Below are positions 9,574-19,662 of a stretch of DNA of 64,000 nucleotides, piece after piece (within the stretch, counting starts at the first letter, position 1; each line of letters begins with the position of its first letter). The DNA comes from a virus (taxonomy: Duplodnaviria; Caudoviricetes): IMG/VR virus record IMGVR_UViG_3300022602_000026. The stretch is one strand, 5' to 3'. The notes below the pieces were generated by a model, which worked only from the letters and a program-made list of their open reading frames with translations, made no database searches and was not told where the DNA came from. Made by a program: the position numbers and the translations under genes.

Positions 9574-10449
9574 ATGATTATATCAAATAACGGCATTCAT
9601 GTATTTGTATTTTGTTGTGCAGAATACGAACACTTTCTTGACGAATGCATTGATTCAATCAAGCTAAATGTACTTGATACCGTGCTATCACTTAACATAG
9701 TAACAAACACATCGATAACACGTACTGGATGTAACACAATTAAAGATCCCGACTTTTGGGCACGAATCGATCCCGACTTTAAGTTTAAAAATTTATACAA
9801 TCACAATTGGATTAAACAACAAATTTTTAAACTTGCAGTTGACGAATATGTCAATGGTAATGCATTGATTGTCGACGCCGAAGTTTTATTCGTCAATAAA
9901 ACTCAATGGATTGTTGACGGACGAGTAGATATGTACACCGAAGACATAATGCCACAATTGGACCGTGACACTAGAAACATGTTACGAGATGTTGTAGATC
10001 TAGAACGACAACTTGATGCCAGTTTTGTAACCGAAAGTATGATTTTTGTTACCGACGTATTAAAAGAAATAAAAACTCAAATAGAACAAAAACATCGCCA
10101 ACCCTGGCTTGAAGTGTTTGCCGATCTGCTACTAGTAGGAATAGAAAGAAATCCTTTGTACATCATGTCCGAGTATGACATATACGGGAATTACTTTTAC
10201 AAAAATTATAGGCCATTGGTCAATCAAATTAAACAAAAACGTTTCGACAATTATATTAGTCGACCTCGAGCCAACGCAACCAGCAACACCGGCGGCAAAA
10301 CCAAATGGTTGACTTTTTATCAACAAATACGTGGCCAGGAGTGGCCCGACTGCAACAACGAAGAAGATTTTAAAAATCTTCCGTATCATATACAACAAGA
10401 ATGTATCAATGAATTTGGTTACAACCCCGAATTACACGGTAACAAATAA
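9574..10449 (+). CDS. Glycosyltransferase-like protein (DUF6492-like) with C-terminal WPDC module
   Basis: WIKQQIFKL, LIVDAE, MSEYDIYGNY. Confidence 0.6.
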   Translation: MIISNNGIHVFVFCCAEYEHFLDECIDSIKLNVLDTVLSLNIVTNTSITRTGCNTIKDPDFWARIDPDFKFKNLYNHNWIKQQIFKLAVDEYVNGNALIVDAEVLFVNKTQWIVDGRVDMYTEDIMPQLDRDTRNMLRDVVDLERQLDASFVTESMIFVTDVLKEIKTQIEQKHRQPWLEVFADLLLVGIERNPLYIMSEYDIYGNYFYKNYRPLVNQIKQKRFDNYISRPRANATSNTGGKTKWLTFYQQIRGQEWPDCNNEEDFKNLPYHIQQECINEFGYNPELHGNK

Positions 10450-11411
10450 TGTCTATTAACAATCTTTACATAACAACAGTTGACTATCATTGGAAAGACG
10501 CCAGCATCAAATTGTTGGATAAAGGAAATTTGAATCAAGCATTAATATTACGAAATCTAGTAGACTACCATACCACCATTGATGACATAACAACTCAAAA
10601 TTTACAAAAAGTTTGCCAATCCGCTAACAAAATACATCTAGTAGACATTGATTTGAACACAGTGGTGCAACAAGACTATAAAAATAACGACCAATACAGT
10701 TATGGTCGATTATTTTACGAATTGATCAAGGTACGACACAAAGTACAAAATTTTGATTTCATTGACGGTTTTAATCTAGATAAGTTTGATAACCTAGATA
10801 GCGTTAGAGCAACTGATGATCCAGTATTGTGGACCATTGGATGTTCGTTTACTGCCGGCGAAGGTGTCACCAATGAACAACGTTATGGATATTTGTTGGG
10901 CAAACAACTAAATCGTCCCGAGATTACACTGTCACGTAACGGAGCCAGTCAAGCCTGGGCTGCCGATCAGTTGTTAAGATCAGATGTCAGGGCCAACGAC
11001 ATTGTGGTTTGGGGACTAACCAACATACAACGATTTGAATATGCACTAGATTGGGATCTATACTCGATGCCGGCGGCACGTTACAATCAAATACCAAAAG
11101 AACTTAGATATTGGCCTTTGGAATACTTTGACAGTACCACAATGATAACTCAATCTGTCCGTAAAGTTTTACAAGTTATGAACTTTTGTAGTAAAATAAA
11201 CGCTAAACTATATCTAGTAAATTTATATGATATAACTTGGATGTCGACGGTGCTCAAGGACAACGAATCGTTCTTGGATCTAACCAAAGACTTTCCAATA
11301 AGTGAATGTCTAAACAAGTATTTTGATATTGGAACAGATGGATTACATCCGGGACCTATTACACAAAAATGGTACTCGGAACAAATATACAATTTTATTA
11401 AGGAAAAATAA
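10449..11411 (+). CDS. SGNH/GDSL-like hydrolase or acyltransferase
   Basis: IGCSFTAG block I, NGAS, terminal DGLHPG. Confidence 0.7.
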   Translation: MSINNLYITTVDYHWKDASIKLLDKGNLNQALILRNLVDYHTTIDDITTQNLQKVCQSANKIHLVDIDLNTVVQQDYKNNDQYSYGRLFYELIKVRHKVQNFDFIDGFNLDKFDNLDSVRATDDPVLWTIGCSFTAGEGVTNEQRYGYLLGKQLNRPEITLSRNGASQAWAADQLLRSDVRANDIVVWGLTNIQRFEYALDWDLYSMPAARYNQIPKELRYWPLEYFDSTTMITQSVRKVLQVMNFCSKINAKLYLVNLYDITWMSTVLKDNESFLDLTKDFPISECLNKYFDIGTDGLHPGPITQKWYSEQIYNFIKEK

Positions 11412-11413
11412 TT

Positions 11414-12490
11414 ATGGCAAAAGCATTTGACGTTAGCAAATTTAGAAAAGGCATTACTAAAAGTATTGACGGTATCAGTATAGGTTTTACTGACCCAACC
11501 GATTGGATTAGTACAAACAACTATGCGTTGAACTATCTTATCTCGGGTGACTTTAACAAGGGAATTCCCATGGGCAAGGTCACTGTATTTGCCGGAGAAT
11601 CGGGCGCAGGTAAAAGTTTTATTTGTTCGGGTAACTTGATTAAAAATGCACAAGCACAGGGCATTTATGTTATCCTAGTAGATACAGAAAACGCACTAGA
11701 TGAAGCTTGGTTGCAGGCACTGGATGTAGACACCAGTGAAGACAAGTTACTAAAATTGAACATGGCCATGATCGATGATCTTGCCAAAATGATCAATGAC
11801 TTTGTAAAAGAATACAAAACCATTCCCGAAACCGAACGTCCCAAGGTGTTGTTTGTTATTGACAGTTTGGGCATGTTGTTGACTCCCACTGACGTAAATC
11901 AATTTGCAGCTGGTGACTTGAAAGGTGACTTGGGACGCAAGCCCAAAGCACTTACTGCCCTAGTTCGTAACTGTGTTAATATGTTTGGTGATTTAAACAT
12001 TGGCTTGGTGGCAACCAATCACACCTACGCCAGCCAAGACATGTTTGATCCAGAAGACAAGATTTCGGGCGGACAAGGATTCATTTATGCATCAAGTATC
12101 GTTGTTGCTATGCGTAAGTTGAAACTAAAAGAAGACGAAGATGGTAACAAGATTAGTGAAGTCAAAGGTATCCGTGCTGCATGTAAGATCATGAAAACAC
12201 GTTACGCAAAACCGTTTGAAAGTGTACAAGTCAAAATTCCTTACGAAACTGGTATGAATCCTTATTCGGGCTTGACTGATCTAGTTGAAGGTAAAGATCT
12301 TTTAAAGAAGGAAGGCAATAGTTTGGTATATACAACAGTGGATGGCGAAATCATTAAAAAGTTCCGCAAAGCATGGGAACGCAATGATGATGGATGTTTG
12401 GATCGGATTATGAGTGATATCACTGCACATCCGCATGTACTATCAAAGACCACACCAATTGAACAAACAGAAGAGGAAGCAACAGAATGA
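11414..12490 (+). CDS. uvsX: RecA-like recombinase (UvsX)
   Basis: GESGAGKS, VIDSLGML, TNHTY, ISGGQG. Confidence 0.95.
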   Translation: MAKAFDVSKFRKGITKSIDGISIGFTDPTDWISTNNYALNYLISGDFNKGIPMGKVTVFAGESGAGKSFICSGNLIKNAQAQGIYVILVDTENALDEAWLQALDVDTSEDKLLKLNMAMIDDLAKMINDFVKEYKTIPETERPKVLFVIDSLGMLLTPTDVNQFAAGDLKGDLGRKPKALTALVRNCVNMFGDLNIGLVATNHTYASQDMFDPEDKISGGQGFIYASSIVVAMRKLKLKEDEDGNKISEVKGIRAACKIMKTRYAKPFESVQVKIPYETGMNPYSGLTDLVEGKDLLKKEGNSLVYTTVDGEIIKKFRKAWERNDDGCLDRIMSDITAHPHVLSKTTPIEQTEEEATE

Positions 12491-12711
12491 GTATAGATGT
12501 AGACGTACTTGGCGAAGTATATACTATTTTAAAACAGTATATCCCGGTAAAAGACAGACAAGAAGCTGCAGACAATTTAATGAGCGTGCTAGTAGATATG
12601 TTGAACGACATTGATCTGCAAGAGTTTGGTGGCACCGACAGTAATCTTAAAAAGGCACTTAAAGAGTATGTGGTTGACGAAGACGACAACTACAACGAAG
12701 AAGATGAATAA
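12487..12711 (+). CDS. Small acidic hypothetical protein
   Basis: 74 aa, ATGA overlap with uvsX. Confidence 0.75.
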   Translation: MSIDVDVLGEVYTILKQYIPVKDRQEAADNLMSVLVDMLNDIDLQEFGGTDSNLKKALKEYVVDEDDNYNEEDE

Positions 12712-13943
12712 TGCTACCCAATTATTTTCCGATTCAAACAGAAACTGCTTGTAAATTAAAATGGAGTTGGAGTACTATTTATTTAAATTCTGGAACAACT
12801 GCATCCTGTCATCGAGCTTCCAAAAGCGATATTGATACAGATAATTTCCATAATTTTCATAATACGGAAACAAAATTACAAGCACGTGAGTTGATGTTTG
12901 ACGGAAAATGGCCTGCGGGCGGTTGCGAGTACTGCCAAGGTATAGAAAATTCTGGCGGTTTCAGTGACAGGATGTTGCATAATTCTATTCCGGGACTGCA
13001 CCCCGGTTCATTGGACTCTACTACAGTAGATCCTGCGATATTAGAAGTATATTTTAATAACACCTGCAACTTGTCTTGTTTGTACTGCAAGCCAGAACTA
13101 AGTTCTAGTATAGATCAAGAAAATAATAAATTTGGTGTTTTTAACAAAAACGGAATAATTTTATCGCCCTTGAGCAAAAAGCATATTGGAGAACTAGAGC
13201 CAAAATTTTGGCAGTGGATGAAAGATAATTTTTCTAAACTTCAAAGATTTCATTTTTTAGGTGGCGAACCTTTTTATCAAAAACAATTAAACACATTGAT
13301 TGATTTTATTCAAGACAATGCCAATCCCAATCTCGAACTTAACCTTGTAACAAACCTCATGATTTCCCATGATACACTGGTTAAAAAAATTGATGAAATT
13401 AAACAATTAATTATTAAAAGAAAAATTAAAAGATTTGATTTAACTGTCAGTATTGACTGTTGGGGCCCGGAACAAGAATATGTGCGTTACGGATTAGACT
13501 TAAACACTTGGTTAGAAAATTTTACATATCTATTGGATCAAAAATGGATTAAATTAAATATCAATCAAGCAATATCGGTACTAACAATTAAAACCATGCC
13601 AGAGTTAATTGTAAAATTAAATGAATGGAACTGTAAAAGGCCAGTGGGACATTTTTTCAGTGTCGTACAACCTGGTCCCAGTTACATGAGACCAAATATA
13701 TTTGGCCCCGGAGTATTTGACAACGATTTCGAAAATATATTAAAATTAATGCCAAGCAACACCGCCGACGAACAACGAGCAGTTCATGCCATGTCCGGTA
13801 TAGCAAACGAAATTAAATCAAACAACATCAACGCCGTTGAAATTAATAAATTGTTTACATTCTTAAACGAAAAAGATCGCCGACGCCAAACCAATTGGCG
13901 CACAACCTTTCCATGGTTAACCGAGTACGAAAATGTGGTATAA
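12711..13943 (+). CDS. Radical SAM protein with N-terminal SPASM/twitch-like Cys cluster
   Basis: NTCNLSCLYC, FLGGEPF, SIDCWG. Confidence 0.9.
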   Translation: MLPNYFPIQTETACKLKWSWSTIYLNSGTTASCHRASKSDIDTDNFHNFHNTETKLQARELMFDGKWPAGGCEYCQGIENSGGFSDRMLHNSIPGLHPGSLDSTTVDPAILEVYFNNTCNLSCLYCKPELSSSIDQENNKFGVFNKNGIILSPLSKKHIGELEPKFWQWMKDNFSKLQRFHFLGGEPFYQKQLNTLIDFIQDNANPNLELNLVTNLMISHDTLVKKIDEIKQLIIKRKIKRFDLTVSIDCWGPEQEYVRYGLDLNTWLENFTYLLDQKWIKLNINQAISVLTIKTMPELIVKLNEWNCKRPVGHFFSVVQPGPSYMRPNIFGPGVFDNDFENILKLMPSNTADEQRAVHAMSGIANEIKSNNINAVEINKLFTFLNEKDRRRQTNWRTTFPWLTEYENVV

Positions 13944-14385
13944 TAAAATAGTCAGCAACTTGGGCGAAATCCCGGCATTTATTGATTACTACGAGCACGA
14001 ATTAATCGGTGCCAAATCTGAAATTAAAATATCGGGTAATGTAGAACGAGCACTAAGTAATCTGCCGGGAGTCACCGAACACCGATTTAATCAGCTGCAA
14101 GAAATTGAAGCAGTATTGAATTATCTCAATATTCAATTACGCAAGATCAAACAAACACACTACAAAAAATATTTAGAAGCCTATGCACGAGCACTAACAA
14201 GTCGTGACGCAGAAAAGTATGCCGAAGGCGAGGACGAAGTTATTGATATGGAAACTATCATCAACGAAGTGGCATTGTTACGTAACAAATGGCTAGGGGT
14301 AATGAAAGGCATAGAGAGCAAAAACTTCATGCTGGGACACGTGGTTCGTTTGCGAACTGCCGGAATGGAGGACGTGGTAGTCTAA
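13933..14385 (+). CDS. uvsY: Recombination mediator (UvsY-like)
   Basis: 150-aa helical protein, ALTSRDAEKYAEGEDEV; next to uvsX. Confidence 0.75.
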   Translation: MWYNKIVSNLGEIPAFIDYYEHELIGAKSEIKISGNVERALSNLPGVTEHRFNQLQEIEAVLNYLNIQLRKIKQTHYKKYLEAYARALTSRDAEKYAEGEDEVIDMETIINEVALLRNKWLGVMKGIESKNFMLGHVVRLRTAGMEDVVV

Positions 14386-14651
14386 TGGATTGGCAACAAC
14401 GTGCAACTGAATTGCTAGAAGAATACGATGCTTGTTGTCGTGCACGGCCTTATCACAATGCTCTTGATGTTGAGATAGCCAAAGAAAGTTGTGCAACTTG
14501 GGCTAGTCATTTGGCAACACAACGTGCCTGGGGCGAGCCAAACGATATAGCCGAGGCCTGCTATCAACTAGAACCCCGCCTTAAAAAATTTAAAGAAACA
14601 GTAGTATTGGATATATTAACAGATGAATCAATTCAAAAACGCATTAGCTAG
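14385..14651 (+). CDS. Hypothetical protein
   Basis: 88 aa from TAATG-coupled ATG (MDWQQRATE). Confidence 0.65.
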   Translation: MDWQQRATELLEEYDACCRARPYHNALDVEIAKESCATWASHLATQRAWGEPNDIAEACYQLEPRLKKFKETVVLDILTDESIQKRIS

Positions 14652-15375
14652 TCACGAACACAGTCTAAAAATTCTAGATTTATTATACACCTACGATAGT
14701 TTCATGGATGGTATAAAAGTGGTAGCAGACATGGGATGCGGCGCAGGACTAGACACACATTGGTGGGCAAACGTGCTGACACGAGAAGAGCCATACGAAC
14801 CTAGAAATTATGTATGCTACGCTATAGATAAAAATATAGATCAAATCGAACCCGAAGTACTAGCAAATAAAAATGTTGTCGCAATACAAGGAGATTACAG
14901 TGAACGTATTATTCCCAGACAAGTGGATTTACTATGGAGTCACAATAGTTTTCAGTTCAGTCTTGACCCGTTAAAAACTTTGCGTGCCTGGAATTCAACA
15001 ATGAATGTCAACGGTATGTTGGTTCTAAGCGTGCCACAACATCAAACATATCAATACGATCGTATTCAAACTAGAAGTTATAATGGTTGTTACTATCATT
15101 ACAATGTGTGTAATTTAATGTACATGTTGGCAGTGTCGGGATTTGATTGCAGAGATTGTTACCTGTTCATGGAAGAAAACAATCCTTGGATACAGTTTGC
15201 AGTATATAAAAACAGCAATCCGTTAGATCCCGAAACAACATCCTGGCACGATCTAGTAGATCTAAGAGTAGTAAATGACAGTGTAATTGCCAGTTTGAAC
15301 ACCTACGGGCATGTACGACAAGAAGACTTGGTGTTTAATTGGCTGGATCGCGATTGGAGATTGGCAAAGAACTAA
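14623..15375 (+). CDS. Class I SAM-dependent methyltransferase
   Basis: VADMGCGAG, VDLLWSHNSFQ, MNVNGML. Confidence 0.85.
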   Translation: MNQFKNALASHEHSLKILDLLYTYDSFMDGIKVVADMGCGAGLDTHWWANVLTREEPYEPRNYVCYAIDKNIDQIEPEVLANKNVVAIQGDYSERIIPRQVDLLWSHNSFQFSLDPLKTLRAWNSTMNVNGMLVLSVPQHQTYQYDRIQTRSYNGCYYHYNVCNLMYMLAVSGFDCRDCYLFMEENNPWIQFAVYKNSNPLDPETTSWHDLVDLRVVNDSVIASLNTYGHVRQEDLVFNWLDRDWRLAKN

Positions 15376-15388
15376 TAAATACAGTACT

Positions 15389-16951
15389 ATGACCGATTTA
15401 CGCAAACTAATAGATCTAATTGAAAATTTATCTGCCCCTATCACTGAAGGACGTGGGCTAGCCGCTAGAAAACCCGGCGAGCAATACGCCAACGCCAATG
15501 GCGATGTTATCACATTTCAATCAATTGAATTTTATCCCGCACGAGGACAATTTGCCACTCCCGAAGAGATGGATCAAGCCATACAGGCCTTGGGCTTGAA
15601 TATACACTGGGTCAACCGGCGCAACGCTGGTACTCTGGGATTTGGCATAGCCACATTTGATATACAGGGCGGACAATATTATTTAGGCAAGTATTTTAAA
15701 CAAATCAGTCCCAATAAAACCGACAACAGTTTTGCCACCGACGACATTCCCGGAGGATTCAAATTACAAAGCGGCCTGGGCAAAAAAGAAAGTGCCGGTT
15801 ATAAGGCCAGTGAAATATTGACCACGTTTGAAGATTTAAGCCCAGTGGACATTGTTAGACAAATTACCGATCACTTTGGGCAAGACAGTGACGAAGCAAA
15901 TGCCGCAAGAATATTTCTAGCATCAAGATCGTTCCCGGTAACAGTGCCCAAAGGCAACATGAATCTTGAAGCATTTAGAGATTACTTCTGTGAAATGCTA
16001 CAACCCATTGCACTAGTCAAAGGCATGAATGTAGAAGGCGATGCCGGCAAAGCTGCCGACATATTCTTTGGCAAAGGTACCGATTATCGAAATTGTAAAA
16101 TCAAATTTCATCAAGGAGTCAGCGGCGGCCTGTATGACAGTTTGCTGACCAGCCCCGATGGCGGGCGTATTAAATTAAGCAGTAAGGGCAAGTCAGGTGC
16201 CAGTGCCAGTGTCAGCAACCTATTGACCAGTGTTAGAGAATTAGAAGTTGCTCCTGATGGTAAAAAACTAGTAAGTGATTTCAAAGAAGAAATTGAAATT
16301 TTACAAACCATCTTTGAACGTGGCCATACCGATGCACCGCTGGATCTTGCGGTCAAATACGGTATAATCAACGCAGTAGAAGCAAAACAAGTCAAGGGCT
16401 TGAAACAGTTTGCACCCACAGATGATATTATTGGATCAGGAGTATTGACCAAGCGTCTAGAAAAGTTCTATACTGATCGTAAAGCCAAGGACATGAGCAA
16501 GATTATTCCACTAGAGCATTTGTTAGCAGCCATTGCGTATCGAGTGGCCGACTATGTCAATGCCAACACACAATTTGGCCTAGCAGCCAGTAAAATTTTA
16601 AATCGCAGTGCCTTGGTACAGATGTATACCACTGCAAAAGAAATGAACAACAACATTGTAATTGAAAGTTTCAATGCAGTATATCCCAGTGACACTGTTA
16701 CTGGTGTTTTGCTTGATGCCAGCAAGGCATATATGAGCACACAAGGCAAAGGCAACTTTACATTTGAAATTTTGAAGGGCGGGGCCAAGCCCACCAAGAA
16801 AGGTAAAGAAGACGAAGCTCCGGCAGTGGACACAGTTGCAGTCAATCAAAAAATCAGCACAATAGGCCAACAACACTCAATTGGTGCAGACGTTATTGCA
16901 CGTCCCGGAAAGAAAGCCGCCAGTGGTGGCATAGGACGAGAACGCCGTTAA
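15389..16951 (+). CDS. Hypothetical protein, possible virion-packaged nuclease-fold protein
   Basis: 520 aa after TAAATA motif; MTDLRKLIDLIE N-terminus; GLYDS...IKLSSKG. Confidence 0.65.
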   Translation: MTDLRKLIDLIENLSAPITEGRGLAARKPGEQYANANGDVITFQSIEFYPARGQFATPEEMDQAIQALGLNIHWVNRRNAGTLGFGIATFDIQGGQYYLGKYFKQISPNKTDNSFATDDIPGGFKLQSGLGKKESAGYKASEILTTFEDLSPVDIVRQITDHFGQDSDEANAARIFLASRSFPVTVPKGNMNLEAFRDYFCEMLQPIALVKGMNVEGDAGKAADIFFGKGTDYRNCKIKFHQGVSGGLYDSLLTSPDGGRIKLSSKGKSGASASVSNLLTSVRELEVAPDGKKLVSDFKEEIEILQTIFERGHTDAPLDLAVKYGIINAVEAKQVKGLKQFAPTDDIIGSGVLTKRLEKFYTDRKAKDMSKIIPLEHLLAAIAYRVADYVNANTQFGLAASKILNRSALVQMYTTAKEMNNNIVIESFNAVYPSDTVTGVLLDASKAYMSTQGKGNFTFEILKGGAKPTKKGKEDEAPAVDTVAVNQKISTIGQQHSIGADVIARPGKKAASGGIGRERR

Positions 16952-17007
16952 TTAATTTTTCCTATAAACGCAATTAAAAAATATTTGGTAAAAACCTATT
17001 ATTTTCA

Positions 17008-17036
17008 TTGACTTAATTGTTAAATACTATTACAAT
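17008..17036 (+). promoter_or_regulatory. Sigma70 promoter of ahpC operon with nested TAAATA
   Basis: TTGACT-17-TACAAT. Confidence 0.75.
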
Positions 17037-17093
17037 AAGAACATTAGTGAAAACACTAATATAGTTTTCAAACAACATTTAAAGGAGAAAAAC

Positions 17094-17636
17094 ATGAAAA
17101 CAATCGGCGATAAATTAACTCACTTTGCAGTAACCGGTGTCAAGCCCGGACAACCAGAAGATGCTTTCTTCACTATTGACGAAACAAGTTTTGCGGGCAA
17201 GTGGAAAGTAATTGTATTCTATCCCAAGGACTTTACATTTGTATGCCCAACAGAAATTGTAGCATACGACAAACTAAATCAAGACTTTGCGGATCGTGAT
17301 GCAGTATTGCTTACAGGTAGCACAGACAACGAATTCTGCAAATTAGCATGGCAAAAATCACACGAAGACTTGATCAAGATCAAGCACAATCAGTTTGCTG
17401 ATACACAACGTGGTGAATTAAGTCTTGCTGAACAGTTGGGTGTATTCTATGCTCCAGCCGGTGCTGCACTACGTGCCACATTCATTGTTGATCCCGACAA
17501 CACAATCCAACACGTTACTGTCAACAACTTGGACGTGGGTCGTAGCCCAGAAGAAACATTGCGTATCCTTGATGCATTGCAAACTGGTGAATTGTGTGCA
17601 TGTAACCGCACAGTTGGCGGAGCAACACTGGGATGA
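17094..17636 (+). CDS. ahpC: Peroxiredoxin AhpC
   Basis: FYPKDFTFVCPTEI, RATFIVDP, GELCAC. Confidence 0.95.
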   Translation: MKTIGDKLTHFAVTGVKPGQPEDAFFTIDETSFAGKWKVIVFYPKDFTFVCPTEIVAYDKLNQDFADRDAVLLTGSTDNEFCKLAWQKSHEDLIKIKHNQFADTQRGELSLAEQLGVFYAPAGAALRATFIVDPDNTIQHVTVNNLDVGRSPEETLRILDALQTGELCACNRTVGGATLG

Positions 17637-18034
17637 TTGATTGCTTGATCATTGGCGACAGTATCGCAGTTGGCACAAAAATGTTCAGACCTGAATGTAG
17701 GGACTATGCCAAAGGCGGTATTACTAGTCATGGTTGGGACAAGCGATTTGGCATGAATGACTTGTCTGCTGAAACCGTTATTATCAGTTTAAGTACCAAT
17801 GATTGGGAACAAGCAGACACTCACGCAAAACTGATTGAAATTCGTAACAAAGTCCGGGGCAAGCGAGTATTTTGGATTGAGCCCAATCCCGAAAGCAAAC
17901 CCCGAGCAGTCGAGAATGTGAGATCAGTTGCTGAACAGTTTGGTGATGTAGTTATACCTACAACACGTTGGCAAGCAGACAAGATTCATCCAAGTTGGGC
18001 AGGATATAAACAAATAGCGGAGAAAACAAAATGA
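17633..18034 (+). CDS. Small SGNH hydrolase
   Basis: IIGDSIAVG, ISLSTND, DKIHP. Confidence 0.8.
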   Translation: MIDCLIIGDSIAVGTKMFRPECRDYAKGGITSHGWDKRFGMNDLSAETVIISLSTNDWEQADTHAKLIEIRNKVRGKRVFWIEPNPESKPRAVENVRSVAEQFGDVVIPTTRWQADKIHPSWAGYKQIAEKTK

Positions 18035-18537
18035 ATTTTATAGAATCAGTAAAAGGTGCTTTACCGGACTATGCAAAAGACACCAAGTTAAACATGGATG
18101 CGGTATTACTACGTAGTACCTTAGATGCAGATGTGGCTATAGGATGTGCAGTGGCTGCCTTGGCTGCAACTGGCAATGGTAAACTTTTAAGCGTACTACT
18201 AGCAGATGCTCCTGTTTATGCAGATGCAGCAATGACTGCAGCGTCAATCATGGCCCAAAACAATGTATGGTATCCCTACGTTGAAATGGCCGATGATCCT
18301 GCACTTGCCGGACTACCTGCAGGCTTACGCATGAACGCTATTGCCTCACATGGCGGAACAACCAAAAGCAATTTTGAAGCATTTAGTTTGGCTGCCTCAA
18401 TTGTGGGCAAGTGTCACTTCTGTGTCAAGGCACATTATGAAACACTGAAAAAAGAAGGCTATACTGTAGAGCAACTACGCGACATCGGACGTATTGCCTC
18501 AGTTATCAACAGTGCCGCAAAGGTGTTGAACAGTTAA
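18031..18537 (+). CDS. ahpD: Alkylhydroperoxidase AhpD
   Basis: GKCHFCVKAH CxxC motif, NNVWYPY, follows ahpC. Confidence 0.9.
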   Translation: MNFIESVKGALPDYAKDTKLNMDAVLLRSTLDADVAIGCAVAALAATGNGKLLSVLLADAPVYADAAMTAASIMAQNNVWYPYVEMADDPALAGLPAGLRMNAIASHGGTTKSNFEAFSLAASIVGKCHFCVKAHYETLKKEGYTVEQLRDIGRIASVINSAAKVLNS

Positions 18538-19439
18538 ACTCTAACCGCAGTTACTCGAGTATTACAAGCAACGGCTACAAACCTATCCTGTCCAAATGTG
18601 ATGGCAGTCCAAGGTTGTGTAGCCGGCATCGCTTCGGTGTGCCAAGTTATGCCATCACTACTGACTGCTGCCACATTGCTGTTATGTGCAACCGATATAA
18701 AAGTACCATTCCCGTAAGCAATACTGGTCCATTGTTGTGCACCGGGCAACGTAGAAGCAGTCCAAGTATGTCCATTTAGACTGTATGCAGCAACATTGCT
18801 ATTGGCAGCAACTGCAACAAATCGATTATTGCCAAATGCCAATCCAGTCCAATTTTGTGCCACGGGCATGGCATTACTGGTGACCCAACTTGCTCCAGTG
18901 GTACTGCTAGAACTACTGTTACTATTTGAAGTTATAGCAACAAATTGACCAAGACCATATGCTACCTCGGTCCAAGGCAAACTTATGTCCATCAAGCTAT
19001 TGGCCCAATCATGTGGATCTGGGGTAACTCCCACAGTTTGATTTCCGTAAGGGTAACCAAATTTTGTAGTAAATCCCGACCCTACTGCAACAAAGTAATC
19101 AGAACCGTAAGCAACACTCTGCCAATTTTTTGATTTTGGTAAGTTAACAAAAGTCCAATTGGCACCGTCAATGCTGATAGCCGAATACGCACCTGTAGCA
19201 ACAGCAACAAACTTGCCGTTACCGTATGTGATATTTTGCCAATACGCATTGACCGGCATTATACTGGTTAAGTATCTACTGGGACTAGAAGGTTGTGTAA
19301 CTCCCGGAGTCCAAGTTATTCCGTCGGTACTGTACGAAGAGTTAGAGCTTATATTGGCAACAGTGGCAAATATACCGGCACCGTATGCGATTCCTGACCA
19401 AGCGTCGGGGGTGTTTATTGTTCCTGTGGTCCAGGTCAT
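18534..19439 (-). CDS. Beta-propeller repeat protein (late)
   Basis: Repeats WxxxAYGxGxFVAVA; TAAATA and AAAGGA upstream of ATG 19439. Confidence 0.8.
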   Translation of the reverse strand: MTWTTGTINTPDAWSGIAYGAGIFATVANISSNSSYSTDGITWTPGVTQPSSPSRYLTSIMPVNAYWQNITYGNGKFVAVATGAYSAISIDGANWTFVNLPKSKNWQSVAYGSDYFVAVGSGFTTKFGYPYGNQTVGVTPDPHDWANSLMDISLPWTEVAYGLGQFVAITSNSNSSSSSTTGASWVTSNAMPVAQNWTGLAFGNNRFVAVAANSNVAAYSLNGHTWTASTLPGAQQWTSIAYGNGTFISVAHNSNVAAVSSDGITWHTEAMPATQPWTAITFGQDRFVAVACNTRVTAVRV

Positions 19440-19459
19440 TTTGAGTCCTTTTGAGTATT

Positions 19460-19521
19460 TATTGTAAAAATACAACAATTTATCCAAAGAGCTTTACAAC
19501 GAATCATAAATAAACTATAAT
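19460..19521 (+). promoter_or_regulatory. Operator-like palindrome plus sigma70 promoter; predicted TSS at the leader ATG
   Basis: TATTG-N8-CAACA (19460-77); TTTACA(19493)-17-TATAAT(19516); nested TAAATA. Confidence 0.75.
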
Positions 19522-19527
19522 ACGAAC

Positions 19528-19662
19528 ATGATGCAAAACATTACGAAACATTCGCAACTACAACTGATAGCCAATTTAGGTGGGACAACCTATTGGTCAC
19601 AGTTCGATGCAATGCCCGCATCAATTAATAGTGATCGTGAACCAAGAGAGGGTTTAAGTTAA
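19528..19662 (+). CDS. 44-aa putative attenuator leader peptide
   Basis: MMQNITKHSQLQLIANLGGTTYWSQFDAMPASINSDREPREGLS*; last codons and stop form the 5' arm of the antiterminator. Confidence 0.7.
   Translation: MMQNITKHSQLQLIANLGGTTYWSQFDAMPASINSDREPREGLS

Noticed and set aside
4683-12490. Inteins or introns in terL and uvsX
   Set aside because: Both have ordinary length and continuous motifs
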